In this document: positions 1 to 12,919 of the stretch, in pieces
How positions within the stretch are numbered: position 1 is the first letter of the stretch
Layout: every line of letters starts with the position of its first letter
DNA from: Lama guanicoe
Lineage: Eukaryota
Length of the DNA: 64,000 bases
Direction: 5' to 3'
NCBI GenBank assembly: GCA_013239625.1
Contig: MU053561.1
Location: 126,826 to 190,825, forward strand
Program-made: the position numbers and the translations under genes
The notes under the pieces: model-generated
What the model saw: the letters and a program-made list of their open reading frames with translations, nothing else
Database searches by the model: none
What the model was told of the DNA's origin: nothing

Positions 1-221
1 TATCATTTTAATTTTTCCTTATTTAATAGATAAGAAATAATTTAATAGTTGTAAGATATTTTAGATCTCTCTCTATATCTACCTAGCATATAAATAATTT
101 AATATCATCTCATTTTACTTTATATTTATCAGAATACTAACTAGAAAGTTCCTATTTCATATGCTTACTTGCAAACCGTTGTCTGTAGTAGCTAGTCACG
201 AAATCCCACTGTGTTGAGTCA

Positions 222-636
222 TTGTATTAGTTCTCTTTTCACTGAAACAATGCTGCTTAACAAAGAGCTCTCAAATCTCAGCATTGTACAACAAACATCC
301 AGTCCCACTCAAGGACCTGTGGTTCAAGTATGGGTTGGGTGGGCATAGGTTCAAGTCTGCTCTGTGTATCTCTCATTCCAGGACCCACACTGAAGAAGTG
401 GCTACCTGGGGAATATTCTTCTCATGGTAGAGAGTACAAGAGTGTAAGAGAGTTGGCAGAGACTTGTGATGTCTCAAAGTCTCTGCTCAGAACTGACACA
501 TTGTCCTTTCTGCTATATTCCATTCCCTAAAGTAAGTCACATGGCCAAGTCCAGAGTCATTAGCACAGAAAAGTGTACTCTGCACAGAGTGCAGAAGGGG
601 TGAGTATTTGTGGAACAACAATACAATCTACCAGTT
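222..636. mobile_element. MaLR LTR (MLT1I/J-like)
   Basis: tgtattagtt...gctgcttaacaaa...aagtcacatggccaagtcc...aatctacca is typical of MLT1. Confidence 0.7.
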
Positions 637-735
637 ACTAAACGCTATCCTTTCTGGTTTTTTGTTAAGCTTTTCTCCTTGTGAATACTTGGTAGCTTTA
701 TTCTTCTCCATTCCATTTAAAGTTAGGTATAGAGG

Positions 736-792
736 GCAGGGAGGATATAACTCAAGTGCTAGAGCGCATGCTTCTCTCATGTCATAGGTCCC
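736..792 (+). mobile_element. Truncated tRNA-Ala-derived camelid SINE (vic-1-type)
   Basis: gggaggatataactcaagtgctagagcgcatgctt matches the 5' tRNA-like part of the other copies. Confidence 0.6.
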
Positions 793-1174
793 ATGGATCA
801 TTATGGTAGAAAGTCACACATCTTCCTCCTTGTGTATCTCTCCTGGTTTTCTGGATTAGAACCCAAAGAATCTGTATAGGTAATGTTGATAAATTAAACC
901 AGTCATGTTATTCTTTCTGAGTGCACTGCTCCTGAACTGGTCAATTGATTATGCTTCAGGAAATGTATGAACTGATGACAAGGGACAAAGAATAGGAAGG
1001 TATTTCTGTCTTCATACTCAGCTCCAAACACTCCAAGGGGACTTTTACCTTCCATTTAGTTTTTCTATTATTTCTTTTCCCTTCCTCCTCTTCCCAGCTT
1101 GATTCTGGGTAATAGGGACTGTTAAGCTTGATGTGGATTACTCCATGCACTATGAGGCAATAATAAAAATAACT

Positions 1175-1380
1175 ATGTCTAACTTATTTTTTGCCAGGTT
1201 CTCTTCTAAAAGTGTTATATGTACTGACTTTTCATCCTAAGAATGGTGTAATGAGGTAGGTTCTGGTCACCTCTGCTTTGTAAATGACACATGTGAGGCT
1301 CAGGGAGGTAAAGTAGATGGCCTAAGTATACAAAGCTGAGATTAGAAACCAGTTTAGGTCTAAAATGTCATGTCACTATG
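1175..1380 (-). mobile_element. MIR SINE
   Basis: tgaggtagg...gaggctcagggaggtaaagt MIR core. Confidence 0.65.
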
Positions 1381-1611
1381 TGCATTGCTTCCCTAATTTT
1401 AACCCCTAACACTCACTGAGACTTAGATAGGAGGAAAATATGCCTGCAACCTCTGTCACTTCACTGACCACTACAGTTGACTCAGCTGACTTGGTTAATC
1501 AGTAGAAGTCTTCTTTGTCCCGCACAGCTCCATGTCCATGTCTCTAACCCTGGGTTTAAAAAGAAAGTCCTTTCCAAACAGAGAGGAATCATTCTGCAGG
1601 CAAGGACAAAG

Positions 1612-3811
1612 TGTCTGGGATAGATTAAAGATGGCCACAAATTATTTCCTTCTTCTCCCATTGAAATTCACCTCCCCTTGAATCTGGCTTGACCTTAGAC
1701 TTACTTGACTATAGAACACAATATAAGAGACGTTCTGAGACTGCCAGGGCTAATTCAAATGGGAGCCTTGCAGCTTCATGCAAGACTCTTGCGGGCACTT
1801 GTTTTTGAAGCCCTGAACTGCCAGATAAGAAATTCCCATGCTAGAGAAACCATGTGGAGAAGCCCTGAGACTACATGGAGAGAGGGAGGGGCCTAGCTGA
1901 GCCCACCATCTAGCAGTGCCCATCAAGGTGTCAGGCATATGAGTGAAGCAGCTTGAGACCTTCCAGATCAGTTCAGCCATCAGCTGGACATCATCAAGCA
2001 ACTCCAGCTAGGGCTAGATAGAGTAAGTTTGCCCTGCTGGGTCATGCTAGAATTACTGATCCCCCAAATCATAAGAAATAATACAACATTTTTTTTTGTG
2101 TGTTGAGCCATAAGTTTTGGAGTAGTTTCCTAAGTAGCAATAGATAACTGAACGACATCTGGTACCTGTAAGTGGTGTGTTGCTGTAACAAAAACCCCAG
2201 AGTAGTGGCAGAGTCCTTGGGACCTGGATGCAGCAGAAGCTGGGAGGAGTTCTAGGAGAATGTGAGTGAAAGCTGGAGGGACAGCGAGGAGACTGCTGGA
2301 GAGACTGTGGAGGCTGAAAAAAAAATGACGTGTGCCATATACTGGCAGAAATTTAGCAAAACCATTACCCATGGGAATGTGGAAAAGAGAAAATATATCT
2401 AATAAATGGGTAAATTCGGCAAAGGAAATTTTTAAGACAGAATTTCAAAAGCCCTAACTGGTTTCTTCTAACCACATATGATAAGGTATGGATAGAAAAT
2501 TAAAGGCTAAAAAAATAAATGAGTTTTAAAGCAGAATTTAGAGGAAATATAAGGAGTCAGGATTTGCTAGGTTCAAAAATCAAACTGCTTCTCATCTTCA
2601 GTCTCTCCAGATAGCAAAACCTTTCAAAAGATGCAGTAGTTTTAGGGTAAAAATCAAATCTAACATGTTAACTATTAGACATATGGTTAAGAACTCAAGA
2701 AGATATAAGGTGGTGCCTTATATATCATTTCAGTTAAACAAAAAGGCCTGTAAGGGTCTTAAGGGTGTGCCTTTCTACTAGGCTTCTAAAAATTTTAAAG
2801 ACCCATTATTCTACAGTAGCCTCTCAGGCAGCCCAAGGTAGAGAAGAGCTTGTTTCAGAATAAAATGTGGGTATGGCTTTTGTCTCAAGGAGCTAATTAT
2901 AAAATAGTACAAAAGATGCCCTCAGAATTTTTAAGCAAATGCCAGCATGGACTGAAAGGGATTAACACAGTACAGCATGAAAAGATACCTTTAGACCTTC
3001 AACCTGCTACTGAGAGAAAGCAGACTGAGAAAGTTATCCAACTGCAAAAAAAGGACCACTTCTTACAAAAAAAATAAGAATGACTCAAAGAATGGAACCA
3101 AGAGGTCTTTAGATCAAGAGAAGCCATATTCAAGGAGCTGTACCTCAGAAGCCTCATTTTCACCTGAACTTGATTTAGATGGTGAGATTCTGGACTTCTG
3201 AGTCAATACAGTCAATGTTATGAAACTTTTGGAGGCTTTGGGAGGGAGTGAGCAATGCACGGGTGATGTTTATGGCTGAAAGGTGGAGGAATATGGTAGA
3301 TTAAAGATGAAAGTTGAAATTCTTTGCTATTTCTCCCATTGAGAGATGGAGTCTAATTCTCCTTCCTTTGAATCTGGGCTGATCTTAGTGACTTGCTTGA
3401 CCCATGGAATGCACTTCTAGGTCATAAATTCTGAGGTTGGATTATAAGACTTGCAGCTTCCTCCTGGGCCTCTTGATATACTGAGCTGCGATGAAAAACG
3501 TCTGACCCCCTTGCTGGAGAGATACTGAGGGAGGCCCTGAGACCACTTGTGAGCTATCACCCAGCAGTCTGCAAGACAGCATCAGGCATCACTCGGATTC
3601 TATGCTGAGTGGCGTTGTTTTGGGACCTCCAGAGCAGCCCTCAGCTGAATACCACTGAGTGACCCAGTGAATGCCACATTAAACAGATAAATTGCTCAGC
3701 TGTGACCTGTCCAAATTCCTGACCCACAAAATCATGAGACAATAAAATGGTCTTATGTTAACCCACTAAGTTTTGAAGTACATCGTTATGCAGAAATAGA
3801 CAACTGGAGCA
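1612..3811 (+). mobile_element. MaLR element (MLT1H-like): LTR 1612-2153, internal 2154-3291, LTR 3292-3811
   Basis: Two diverged direct repeats, both starting near tagattaaagatg, containing ccattga...tgaatctgg...cttag..acttgcttgac and ending aatagataactg/aatagacaactg; the internal part starts tctggtacctgtaagtggtgtgttgctgtaacaaa. Confidence 0.8.
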
Positions 3812-3849
3812 ATGCCTTAAAATGTACACAGTAATTCTGATACGTTATA

Positions 3850-4130
3850 TCATTCATTCATTCATTCAAAAATACTTACTGAGAACCGTAAGGTGTCAGA
3901 ACCTATTCCATATGCTAGGGACACAGCTGTCAAAAACAAAACAAACCCCAGCAAATATCCTGTTTTCATGGAGCTTACAGTCTACTGGGATAGACAGACA
4001 ATAAACAAAGAAATAACTACAATATGCCAGATGGTGGTAAGTGCAATGAAGAGAAACCAGGCAGTGTTAGGAGAGCATTCCAGCAAGGGAACCCTCTTTT
4101 ATAAATGAGGAAAAGGGGCCTTAGAGATAC
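3850..4130 (-). mobile_element. L2 3' fragment
   Basis: cattcattcattcaaaaatacttactgag...catggagcttacagtctact L2 tail. Confidence 0.7.
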
Positions 4131-5089
4131 TGAATGGCAGACCAGCAAGAGAAACAGGTTCCCAGGTATAATAAAACTAGAGCCTCTTGTGGTGAGAAAC
4201 TGTCCAATAAAATTCATAAATTCAAATCTGTTGTCTATATTATTAGTGCAACAGAGAAAACGAATGCACAGAATTGAGGCTTGGATGGATGTGCCTGGTT
4301 ACTTGGCATGCAAGTCATCTGGAGAGAAAGGTTGTAAGTATATGAATTGAAAGCTCTGCCCTTCAGTAGCTGGTGTAGGTCAGAGGTTGGGGAGATGTGT
4401 GACTCTGGGGACTATATATCATAAGTGAAGTGACAGCTGTGCCTCAAGGCAGCAGTGATCAGGACTGGGAGCAGTTTATGAGACATTGGGAAATACTCCT
4501 TGGGATAAGCAGAAGTTCTTGTGATGGGGAAGGGGACTTTGTAAAAGACTTCATTTCCTAAATGAACAGGTGGGAGTTCAGGGGTAGCTAATCCACATGA
4601 GACTTTATTCCCACAAGCTAATAAAACTCAGGGGCAATTTGGCTACCTTAGTTCATTCAGCTCAACATTAGTTCAACAAATGCTTACAGTGCATATGCTA
4701 GGCATTATACTACGTGTTTAAAATCTAGTGTGGAAAGTGAGGTAAGCATTCGTCAAACCATAATACAAATCAGATTGTGTAAGTGCTATGATAAAGGGAC
4801 AAAGGGGAACATAAAGGAGGCAGTGATCAATTAAATTTGATCGGAGAAAGTTTCCTAAAGAAGATAGCACCTGAGTAGGGTCCTGAAGGATGCTAGTAAT
4901 ACAAAACTTTGTATTTTTTGTATGTATTCTATATATATTAGGATTGCAAAAGACAGCACTTTTATTTAAAAATTTAAATTTTCACTGGTAGAAGGAGAAA
5001 TGTTCCCAGTCTCCTCTGAGTGACTGCCTAGGGTCCCTTTCACCTGGATGAGCCTTAGTGTAGCTGATGTCACTGGCTAAGGGAGACTT

Positions 5090-5310
5090 GCATTCAGATC
5101 TCCGCCCACCCCACCACCACCATCAATTTCCAGCCTTGTGATTTTGATGAGTTACTTAAACTCTGTGCTTTAGTTCCCTAAGTTGTAAGCTAAGGTTACA
5201 ATAATAACTACCTAATAGGATACTTGTGAGAACAAAATGAAATAATACATGAAACGTCTTCAATTCATTGCCCAGCACATTCTAAGCATTCAATAAATCA
5301 TAGCTATTCT
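5090..5310 (+). mobile_element. MIR SINE
   Basis: agttacttaaactctgtgctttagttcc...ataataactacc...cagcacattctaagcattcaataaat. Confidence 0.7.
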
Positions 5311-5577
5311 TTCACTAATGTTTGCATACCAGGCCAGATTCCAACCCTGTATAGAAGTCATGGATTTTAATTTCAGTTCTGCTCCAAATTGCTCTCTAAG
5401 GCTAGGCCAGTGATCCAGATTTTCCATTTCTCAGCTTTCGGATTTATCATATGAGATTGAGGCACTGAGAATAAACTGGTTCCCACATTTCCTGGGTGGT
5501 TCTAGGGAAAAAAGAGTGGATATTTCCTCCATCTTGTATTCCTCCCTTTATCTCAAAACTTCTCTCCCTATTTTGAG

Positions 5578-5579
<2 letters not shown>

Positions 5580-5615
<36 letters not shown>
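5580..5615. repeat. (TG)n microsatellite
   Basis: About 17 perfect TG units. Confidence 0.97.
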
Positions 5616-5617
<2 letters not shown>

Positions 5618-6856
5618 TCACACTTCACTAGCTAGCCTTGTCTGTCAGCTGTAACAAAAACCTCAAGGAAGGAAATAATGACCCAGCCTTCAGACAGCTG
5701 GTGGTAATTTACTCATACAATCCCCCTCATCCTTTCAACACCCACTATTTATGTGGATCTGATGTTGGAGGAGGGGGAATCATGCAAGAAATGTGGCATG
5801 TAAACATCTAGGAAGGGGTCTAAGACAGTAAAGAAAGACTTGTGTGAATTACCTAGATGATTCTCCTTGCTTTGAACATAGATATTGGGCCTTAAAAATG
5901 GAAGGGACTGACGTGAAGGTTAATAAGTAAATTTCTGTAACCAGAAACAATACTGGAATAAATTCAACAAATAGTTTTCAAGGCATTCATGACAATTGCA
6001 CCATCACTAAAATCTGAGTCATTTTCTAGGACAAGACAAGCAGTTCCAGTCTGAGGCCAAGAGTAATGCATCAGGCAATACAGCCCTCTTAAAACAACAA
6101 CAACAACAACAACATGGGAAAATAAGTGGAAGGGGGAACTTTCTGGGTAGTGGAAATATCCTATGTGTCAACTGAGGGGTTGGGTATACAAGTACATATA
6201 TTTGTTAGAATTCACTTAATTATGTCCTAAGACCTTTGTATTTATTTCACTGAATGTAATTTTTTTATCTTTAAATAAACAAACAAAAACAGAAATGAAT
6301 AAAATTTTAAAAAAACATGGAGATTATAACTAAAGGCATTGTGTGATCCTGGTTTAGAGCTCAGATTTGATTCTGAATTAGAAAACATATTGCTAAGGAC
6401 AAGGCAGCCATGTAGCTATAGTTCCTGCCTCTGTTTCTTATAGCCTGCCATCTACTAGCTTGTCTTCCAATCGATCGCGGTGGATTTCTCTGGATTAAAA
6501 ATTCTGGCAGACACTAAGAATCTCTAGTGTTCTGTCACCTTTATAGATTGAACTGTATATGTATGTATATATGTTATCTTTCAAATATATGTATATATAC
6601 ATTTTCATATATGTGTGTGTATATTTATCTACAACATAAATCAGTTTTTAAAACTTTCAATTTTTACAAAAATTAAAAAAATTTAAACATATGGAAACGT
6701 TGCAAAAATAGTACAACGAAGTCCTATAAAGCCTTCACTTGATTCATGGATCATTAACATTTTGCCACATTTGTTTTCCCTCTCCCCCTCCCACACCCAT
6801 TTACTGATAAACCACATGAAGGATGCAGACCTTTCACCTCTAAATATTTCAATGTG

Positions 6857-6916
6857 GATACAACATTGTAAAATGACTATAACTCAATAAAAAGATTTTA
6901 TATATTAAAAAATAAA
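6857..6916 (+). mobile_element. Extremely 5'-truncated lineage-specific L1 3' end with TSD
   Basis: acaacattgtaaaatgactataactcaataaaaa resembles the L1 tails at about 36010 and 45235; flanked by taaatatttcaatgtg / tagatatttcagtgtg. Confidence 0.7.
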
Positions 6917-7820
6917 TAGATATTTCAGTGTGAAATAGTAAGGTATGTTCATTTATAAGAATAATAAAAATTATTAAATTTTATAAAAGAATATACCACC
7001 TTTCCCAGGTCAGCTTTTTCACTATTAAACAGGATCTGACTGACATATTTGTATTGAATTCATTAACATCAAGAGCTCTGCCTGATAGCTTTTTGGCTCA
7101 AATCTGCACAACCAAGAGGACGCATCAAAATAATCACTCCCAGGACTAAGGCGAAATACACAACAAAAACAAATTTCCTCTTCTACGCTTAGAACTACTT
7201 GAAGTCAATTTCTTGGCAATTTAAAACAGCTATCTGTCCTTTCTTCCAGTTGGCAAGAGTTCAGAAATGTTGAGATATAGCCTCAGAAAGCCTCACACAA
7301 TCAAGAAAAAATTTTAATGAGAAAAATCCCACATTCGTATACACACTTTTGTTTAATTTTCATCTTAGCATATAAGAAGATAAAATACTGAGCTGTGGAG
7401 TTCAGTATCAAACATCTGGCAGTCCTAGACACAAAATGAGCCTACCTCAACAGTCCTTTATCCTTGCAAAGTTCGGGTATAATGGCTGTCAGAGTTAATC
7501 CCATCCTAGACTGTATCAGTTCAGTAAAAGAACACATCCAACATTAACCACCATGATTCCTTTCAATTGAAATAATCTTAAATTAGACAAAAGGGTTTCT
7601 CATTTCTAGGCTAGATCTGTGGTGTACCAATAGGTATAGAAGTACTTGCTGACTCTAAATCAAAGGTTATGATAGAAAGGAAAGAATGATTGCATCCTCT
7701 GTTTATTGGCTCCGGTAAATTCTCAGGGGATAGAGGGAGGGAAAAATCAAGGCCAGAAGGTCCCTGATGCTGATGGACTGATTCAACTGGTTTAAGCTTT
7801 TGATTCAACTGTGAAGGTGT

Positions 7821-8063
7821 TCAGGGCTGGACCTAATGGGAGGGGAGGGAGGGACTCACCTGTGGTGCAAATTTTAAAAGATGTCAAAAGCTCAGTAATC
7901 AAGACAGACGATACTTTAATGCAATATTTTTTTTAAAATTAGTGGAAAAAAATCCATGATGAACAAAATGTCAACATTTTAAATAAAGACAGGATCTGCC
8001 CCTGCATTTGCACGATCCTGGGAGTGAGTTGCCTTCCTTGCTTCACTCTGGTCGGTATCCTGG
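7821..8063. mobile_element. hAT-Tip100 non-autonomous DNA transposon (Arthur1/MER69-like)
   Basis: ctcagtaatcaaga...tttaatgcaatatttt...aaatccatgatgaacaaaat...aaataaagacaggatc matches the recalled consensus. Confidence 0.6.
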
Positions 8064-8665
8064 TTGTCTACCCTGGATGGGGTGACAAGAGCCTAACCAG
8101 TACTCTCTAGTGCTGTGTCCTGCTGACCTTGTTGGCAGCAGCTCTCTGTGCATTAGGAACTGCCAGACCTCAGGTGGTACCTTTAAGACACCACAGGGCA
8201 AATCTCAGTCTAGGCCAGCTCTTCCAACCTCCTTCCCAAATAGTTTCAAGGTTCAAGGGGAAGTTTCTGGGTTTTATGGGGCAACAAGGAAATGGCAGAA
8301 CAAGTGATAAGGGGAGATGGAAGAGGGGAAAAAACAACTCTTTACCTCGAGTTGCTACTGCTAATGTGATTAGAAAGAATGTTTAAGAGCCTCTCCTTTT
8401 AAGAAAACCCTGAGCCCCAACTCTCGGTTTGAGGTACTTGGCCACTCAACTCAAAAACCAAATCTGCCTCACCTGTAGTCTTTCCGTCACATAGAACACA
8501 GTTGGCTCTGGAAATCAAAGAAGCCAGGCCACCTCCTCCATACAGGCAGCAGTGCACTCCAGCTGCTTAGGAAATTTCACCACACTGGAGCCTCTCTCTC
8601 CTTTGGCAGGAACTGCCCATCCACGAGTGCCAAACCTGATCTTGTGACAGTGCAAGCCACTGACA

Positions 8666-8682
8666 GGTGCCCCCTGCTGGCA
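8666..8682 (-). promoter_or_regulatory. Candidate CTCF binding site
   Basis: The minus strand reads TGCCAGCAGGGGGCACC, a close match to the CTCF core CCASYAGRKGGCRS. Confidence 0.6.
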
Positions 8683-10361
8683 GAACCTATCTTACAGAAT
8701 CAGCCTCACCATTGGGCCATTAGCTGGGACATAAACGCTCCAGTAATCACAGTCACCAATATACCCTCTGGCCCTTACAGTGGACTTGCTTCACATTTAC
8801 GTCACCTTCCAGGCCCTCTGTAGGCACCAGGTATTTGCACGTTCCTTCAGAGGGCCCACCTGGTTCCTAGAGGTGGAGCACAGAGGCCTTCCTTCTGCCT
8901 TTCTACATACATCTGGCCTCACAAGGCCAGCCTGCCTTGCTGGTTTTGGTTCCCTTGTGCAATTTTTTTTTTAAACCTACCCTTTGGGCAGGACACTGGA
9001 GTCACAGCTCTGAACTTGAGCCTGGAGAGCTGAACCATTTGCCAGGCTCCTGATGGTCCCTTCACCTGGGGCCAGACACTGCTGCTTCCAGTTTTTTTTC
9101 ATGGAAGTCAGGACCCTGGCTTTTTAGCTCAATTTCCAGCAGCTTTATTTTTAGGGGTTGGGCCTTGCTTGTGGTGCTCCCTGACATCCAACTTCTGCCT
9201 GTGGGGCTAGGACAGACCGAATGGGGAACTGGCCTGAAAGGGTGGGGTGAAGGGAAGGGAAGTCCTGAGGGCCAGCGGAGACAGGAGGGAGGCAAGATAC
9301 ATGAAAATCTTTTAAGGTCCCACTGAAGCAAGGAAAAGAGAAAAAAGCTGCAGTTGCTGAAGAGCTGAAGTTGAAGATGGAGAAAAACTAGCCCCCCTGT
9401 CAAACTAGAAGAGTAAAAAGAGGGGATAAAATTTAGAGATGCACCAAAATTTGGCATCGCCAGTGAGCCTAAATCTGCTATTTGGCTCTGGCTTCGGCAA
9501 ACCCAACAATTGAATGCTGACTTCATATTGTTTCTCACATCCCTGAACTTGTGCTCCTGTGGGTTACCGTAATATCTCAACAGCATAACACGTCAGTAAT
9601 TCAAATAAAGTATGCCATTTAGATTTTTGTTAATATCTGAATATTCACTCTCAAATACACGTAAGTATTCTAGATAATAATATGGAATGCAAATCTCCTT
9701 GTGTGATTTACATGTTCAACTTCTATTAATCCTTTAAATAATTTAAATTTTAATTATTACTTCAAGAGTGAAATGATGCAACAACAACAACAAATAATAT
9801 AATTTATATTAGAAACACACTCCAATTTGGTGGCAAGCACTGTTGCACTGTAGTGCATACGAGAGACAAAGGATATACCAACTAGGATCTTTCTTGAGTA
9901 AATGTTACTAACGAGTATGACTTAGGGACCATCACTGTAAACCACATGTACAAGGTGGTCTCCCAATAGGTCATGTAAGGCAGAGCTTCCCAACCAGTGC
10001 ACCTTTTTTTTTTTTTTTTTGCTGCAAATGAGTCACATTGTCTCTCTAGAAATTGATCTCGTCAACCCTTAAGGCATCCAGGAAGACAGCCAGAGTCTGT
10101 CTTTGCCAGAAATATCTTCTAGGGATGCTTGGAGAGTTGACTGTGCAAGCAGAGTCTGAGGTTGTTTATTTTCTGAGGATGCAGTTGAAAATCTTGAACA
10201 TGACATACATAGCTTGGCATAGTCTTTGGCCTCAGCTCTGGTTATACTCCTCCCTGCTTTTTGTACTTGACCTGTACTAGCCTCACTGCAGAAGGAAAGA
10301 AGGGAAGGAATAAATCCTGTTGTTCCTCTGATTCCCAGGAGTTCAGGTAATGGATGCAGAC

Positions 10362-10868
10362 TGTAGTAGGAAGTCTCTAAGAGGGCCCCCAGTGATCCTT
10401 GGTAATCATAGTCTTAGTATAGGAAAGAGATTTATTATAAGAGATTGGCTCATGTGATTATGGAGGCTGCTGCCTGGAAGCTGGAAACCCAAGAAATTTG
10501 ATGATGTGGTTCTGAGATCCTGAGGGCCCATGGTGTAACTCCCAGTCTGAGGTCCAAAGACTGATATCCTACCTCAGCAGTCAGGCAGAGAGACAGCAAA
10601 TTCTGCCTTCCTCCATCTTTTTGTTCTATTTAGGTTCTCAGGGGATTGCATGGTGCCCACCCACATTGGGGAGGGCAATTAGTTATAGTCAGTCTACTGA
10701 TTACAAATACTAATTTCATCTGGAAATAGCCCCACAGGCTCACCCAGAAATAATGTTTAGCCAAATGTCTAGGCACCCTGTTATCCAGTCAAGTTGGCAC
10801 ATTAAATTAACCATCATAGCCCCTAAATTTTGGGGTAATTGGCTGTGTAGCAATGGATAACTGATACA
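10362..10868. mobile_element. MLT2 (ERVL) LTR (~10415-10818) nested in an MLT1 LTR remnant
   Basis: attggctcatgtgattatggaggctg...ccagaaataatgtttagccaaat...aaattaaccatca (MLT2), flanked by MLT1-type start tgtagtagg...cccagtgatcc and end gtagcaatggataactgataca. Confidence 0.7.
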
Positions 10869-11929
10869 TAGACTCCTGAACCTTCCCTCAATCCAAGGTC
10901 GTGCTGTAGAGTTAGGGACCTAGCCTTCCATTCACAAAAAAAGTTACTATTCTTTTTACAGTAAAGAAGGACAAAGATTTCAGAGAACTTATTTAAGGGT
11001 GCACAACTGGAAACTAGATTTTTTGGTGAAAATGAAGGGAATGATAAGAGTAGTTTTGTAAGACCATTCTGTAGAATATACTGCGCCTAGCTTTCTCTCT
11101 TTAGAATGTGCCTTTAATTACTACCAAGAACATTCTTTTTTTCTTTTAGGAGATGTGTGAAATTCATGAAAACCCTTCTTGTTGAGATTACAATAAAGCT
11201 GTACATTTTAGTTGCAATATTAGTTGTGGAGACTCCAAAGTCAAGATTTATATAGCAATGAGGCACAATTTAGAGATTGGAATATTGTGGAGACAAAAAG
11301 GATGCTAAAATATGGTATTGTTTCTGTTTGTACACTGAGGTCACTTGTTCATGTTAACATTTCTTTCATTGATTCCACTTTCTCTGAGCAAGTGTTGTAT
11401 GGTCAAATGTGAGTGCGCATGAGCACACACACAGCAGACAAAAGCCCCCCATTATGGGAACGCATGTGCCTGTTGTTCCGGGCAGTGAGCCCAGTTTGCT
11501 TTAAGTCTTTGTTATGTGAACCGTGTCCCAGATTCTCTTTTGAAATGTGCAATTCACCCAATTTTATTAACCTGAATATGGAGCTTTTTTGACAGATTCT
11601 CAGTCATGTCTAGGTACACTTCCTTTTGTTTTAAACAGGTCATTTATTTCTCTGCATTGACCTTCAGGCGTTTTGCCATGTGAACTGAAAGCAAACCCTC
11701 TCAAGGTCAGATTTTTAATAATGCAGTTTATTATTTTCAAATAGATGACATTTCACACTTGTTATGCTAATTTTGAGACCAGACCATTTTTTGACAAAGC
11801 TCTATCAAAGGCTTTTTGTTTTTTTGTTGTTGTTTTAATTTTAAGGCAAAGCAAATCTAGGGTCATTGAAAGGAAAAAAATTTTAAAGCATATGAGATAG
11901 ACAAAAATAATTAATGCACATGAAACAAA

Positions 11930-12135
11930 AATTTAGCACCTGCCACTTAAGCACCACTTCTACCACTTCATAACTGTGTGATCTTGCCAAATTATTTATT
12001 TACTCTTTCTATAAAAGCAGGTGTAATGATAGCATCTTTCCCACAGAATTGTAGTGAGGATTAAATGAGATTATGCTTATACGTTGCTTAAGATATGGCC
12101 TGGCGTGTAGCAAGTACTCAATAAATATTATTAAT
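11930..12135 (+). mobile_element. MIR SINE
   Basis: ctgtgtgatcttg...gtgaggattaaatgagat...cctggcgtgtagcaagtactcaataaat. Confidence 0.75.
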
Positions 12136-12919
12136 AATGCAAATTATACATGTAATAATGATCACAGTGATAATGCTGCTGCCATGGACGTCAGGGATCC
12201 AAAATCTAAATCACAGAATTCTGTTTGGAACGCCTGTGAGATCTAGTACAGATCCCTATACTTATGAGGCTGCTCTGGCACATAAGACTGAGAGAACAAG
12301 GAGCCTGAAGAGCCGTTGGAGTGGCCTGAGGCAAATATCCCCTTGCCGGCTATGTTCCCTCCACGAACACTACCACCATCTGGTCAACATATGCAACCCT
12401 CTGTGAAGGTATTTTTTATTTTAGCCAGGGTCTCCTCCACAGGAGTCACCTCCATCCCTCTGTCCCCTCACCTAACACCCACCACCCGGGTACTGAGTGG
12501 GGATAAAACTTCAACTAGGGTTAAGCAAAAAAAAACCTCAACCAGAGGTTTCAAGCTCAGCTTAATAGAGAGACTCCAACAATGGTGTTGTCTCTTTCCT
12601 TCTCTCATTTATTTTCTGTGCTGGTTTCATTTCCAGCGTCTGCAAGGTAGCAAGTTATCTGCCCACGAGCCTGGGCCCACATCCTCCTTCAGGTTTACAT
12701 CCGTTAGAAGAAAGGTTGCATCTTTCAGGAGGCTTCGGAAGAATCCTATCCTAACTTGAGTCAGTGCCTATTCCTGAACTAATTCCTGAGGCTATGGGGA
12801 AAAATTATGCTCTTTAAAAAAAATTGCATTTAAAATTTGTTCACACTTAAAGACTTTATTTTTCAGAGCAATTTTGGATTTAATTTATTCTTTCTTAAAA
12901 GGCCTGTGTTCATCCAATA

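Noticed and set aside
9062..9586. 174-aa minus-strand ORF
   Set aside because: No recognisable domain, no match to the PDE4DIP exons I recall, and no convincing splice context.
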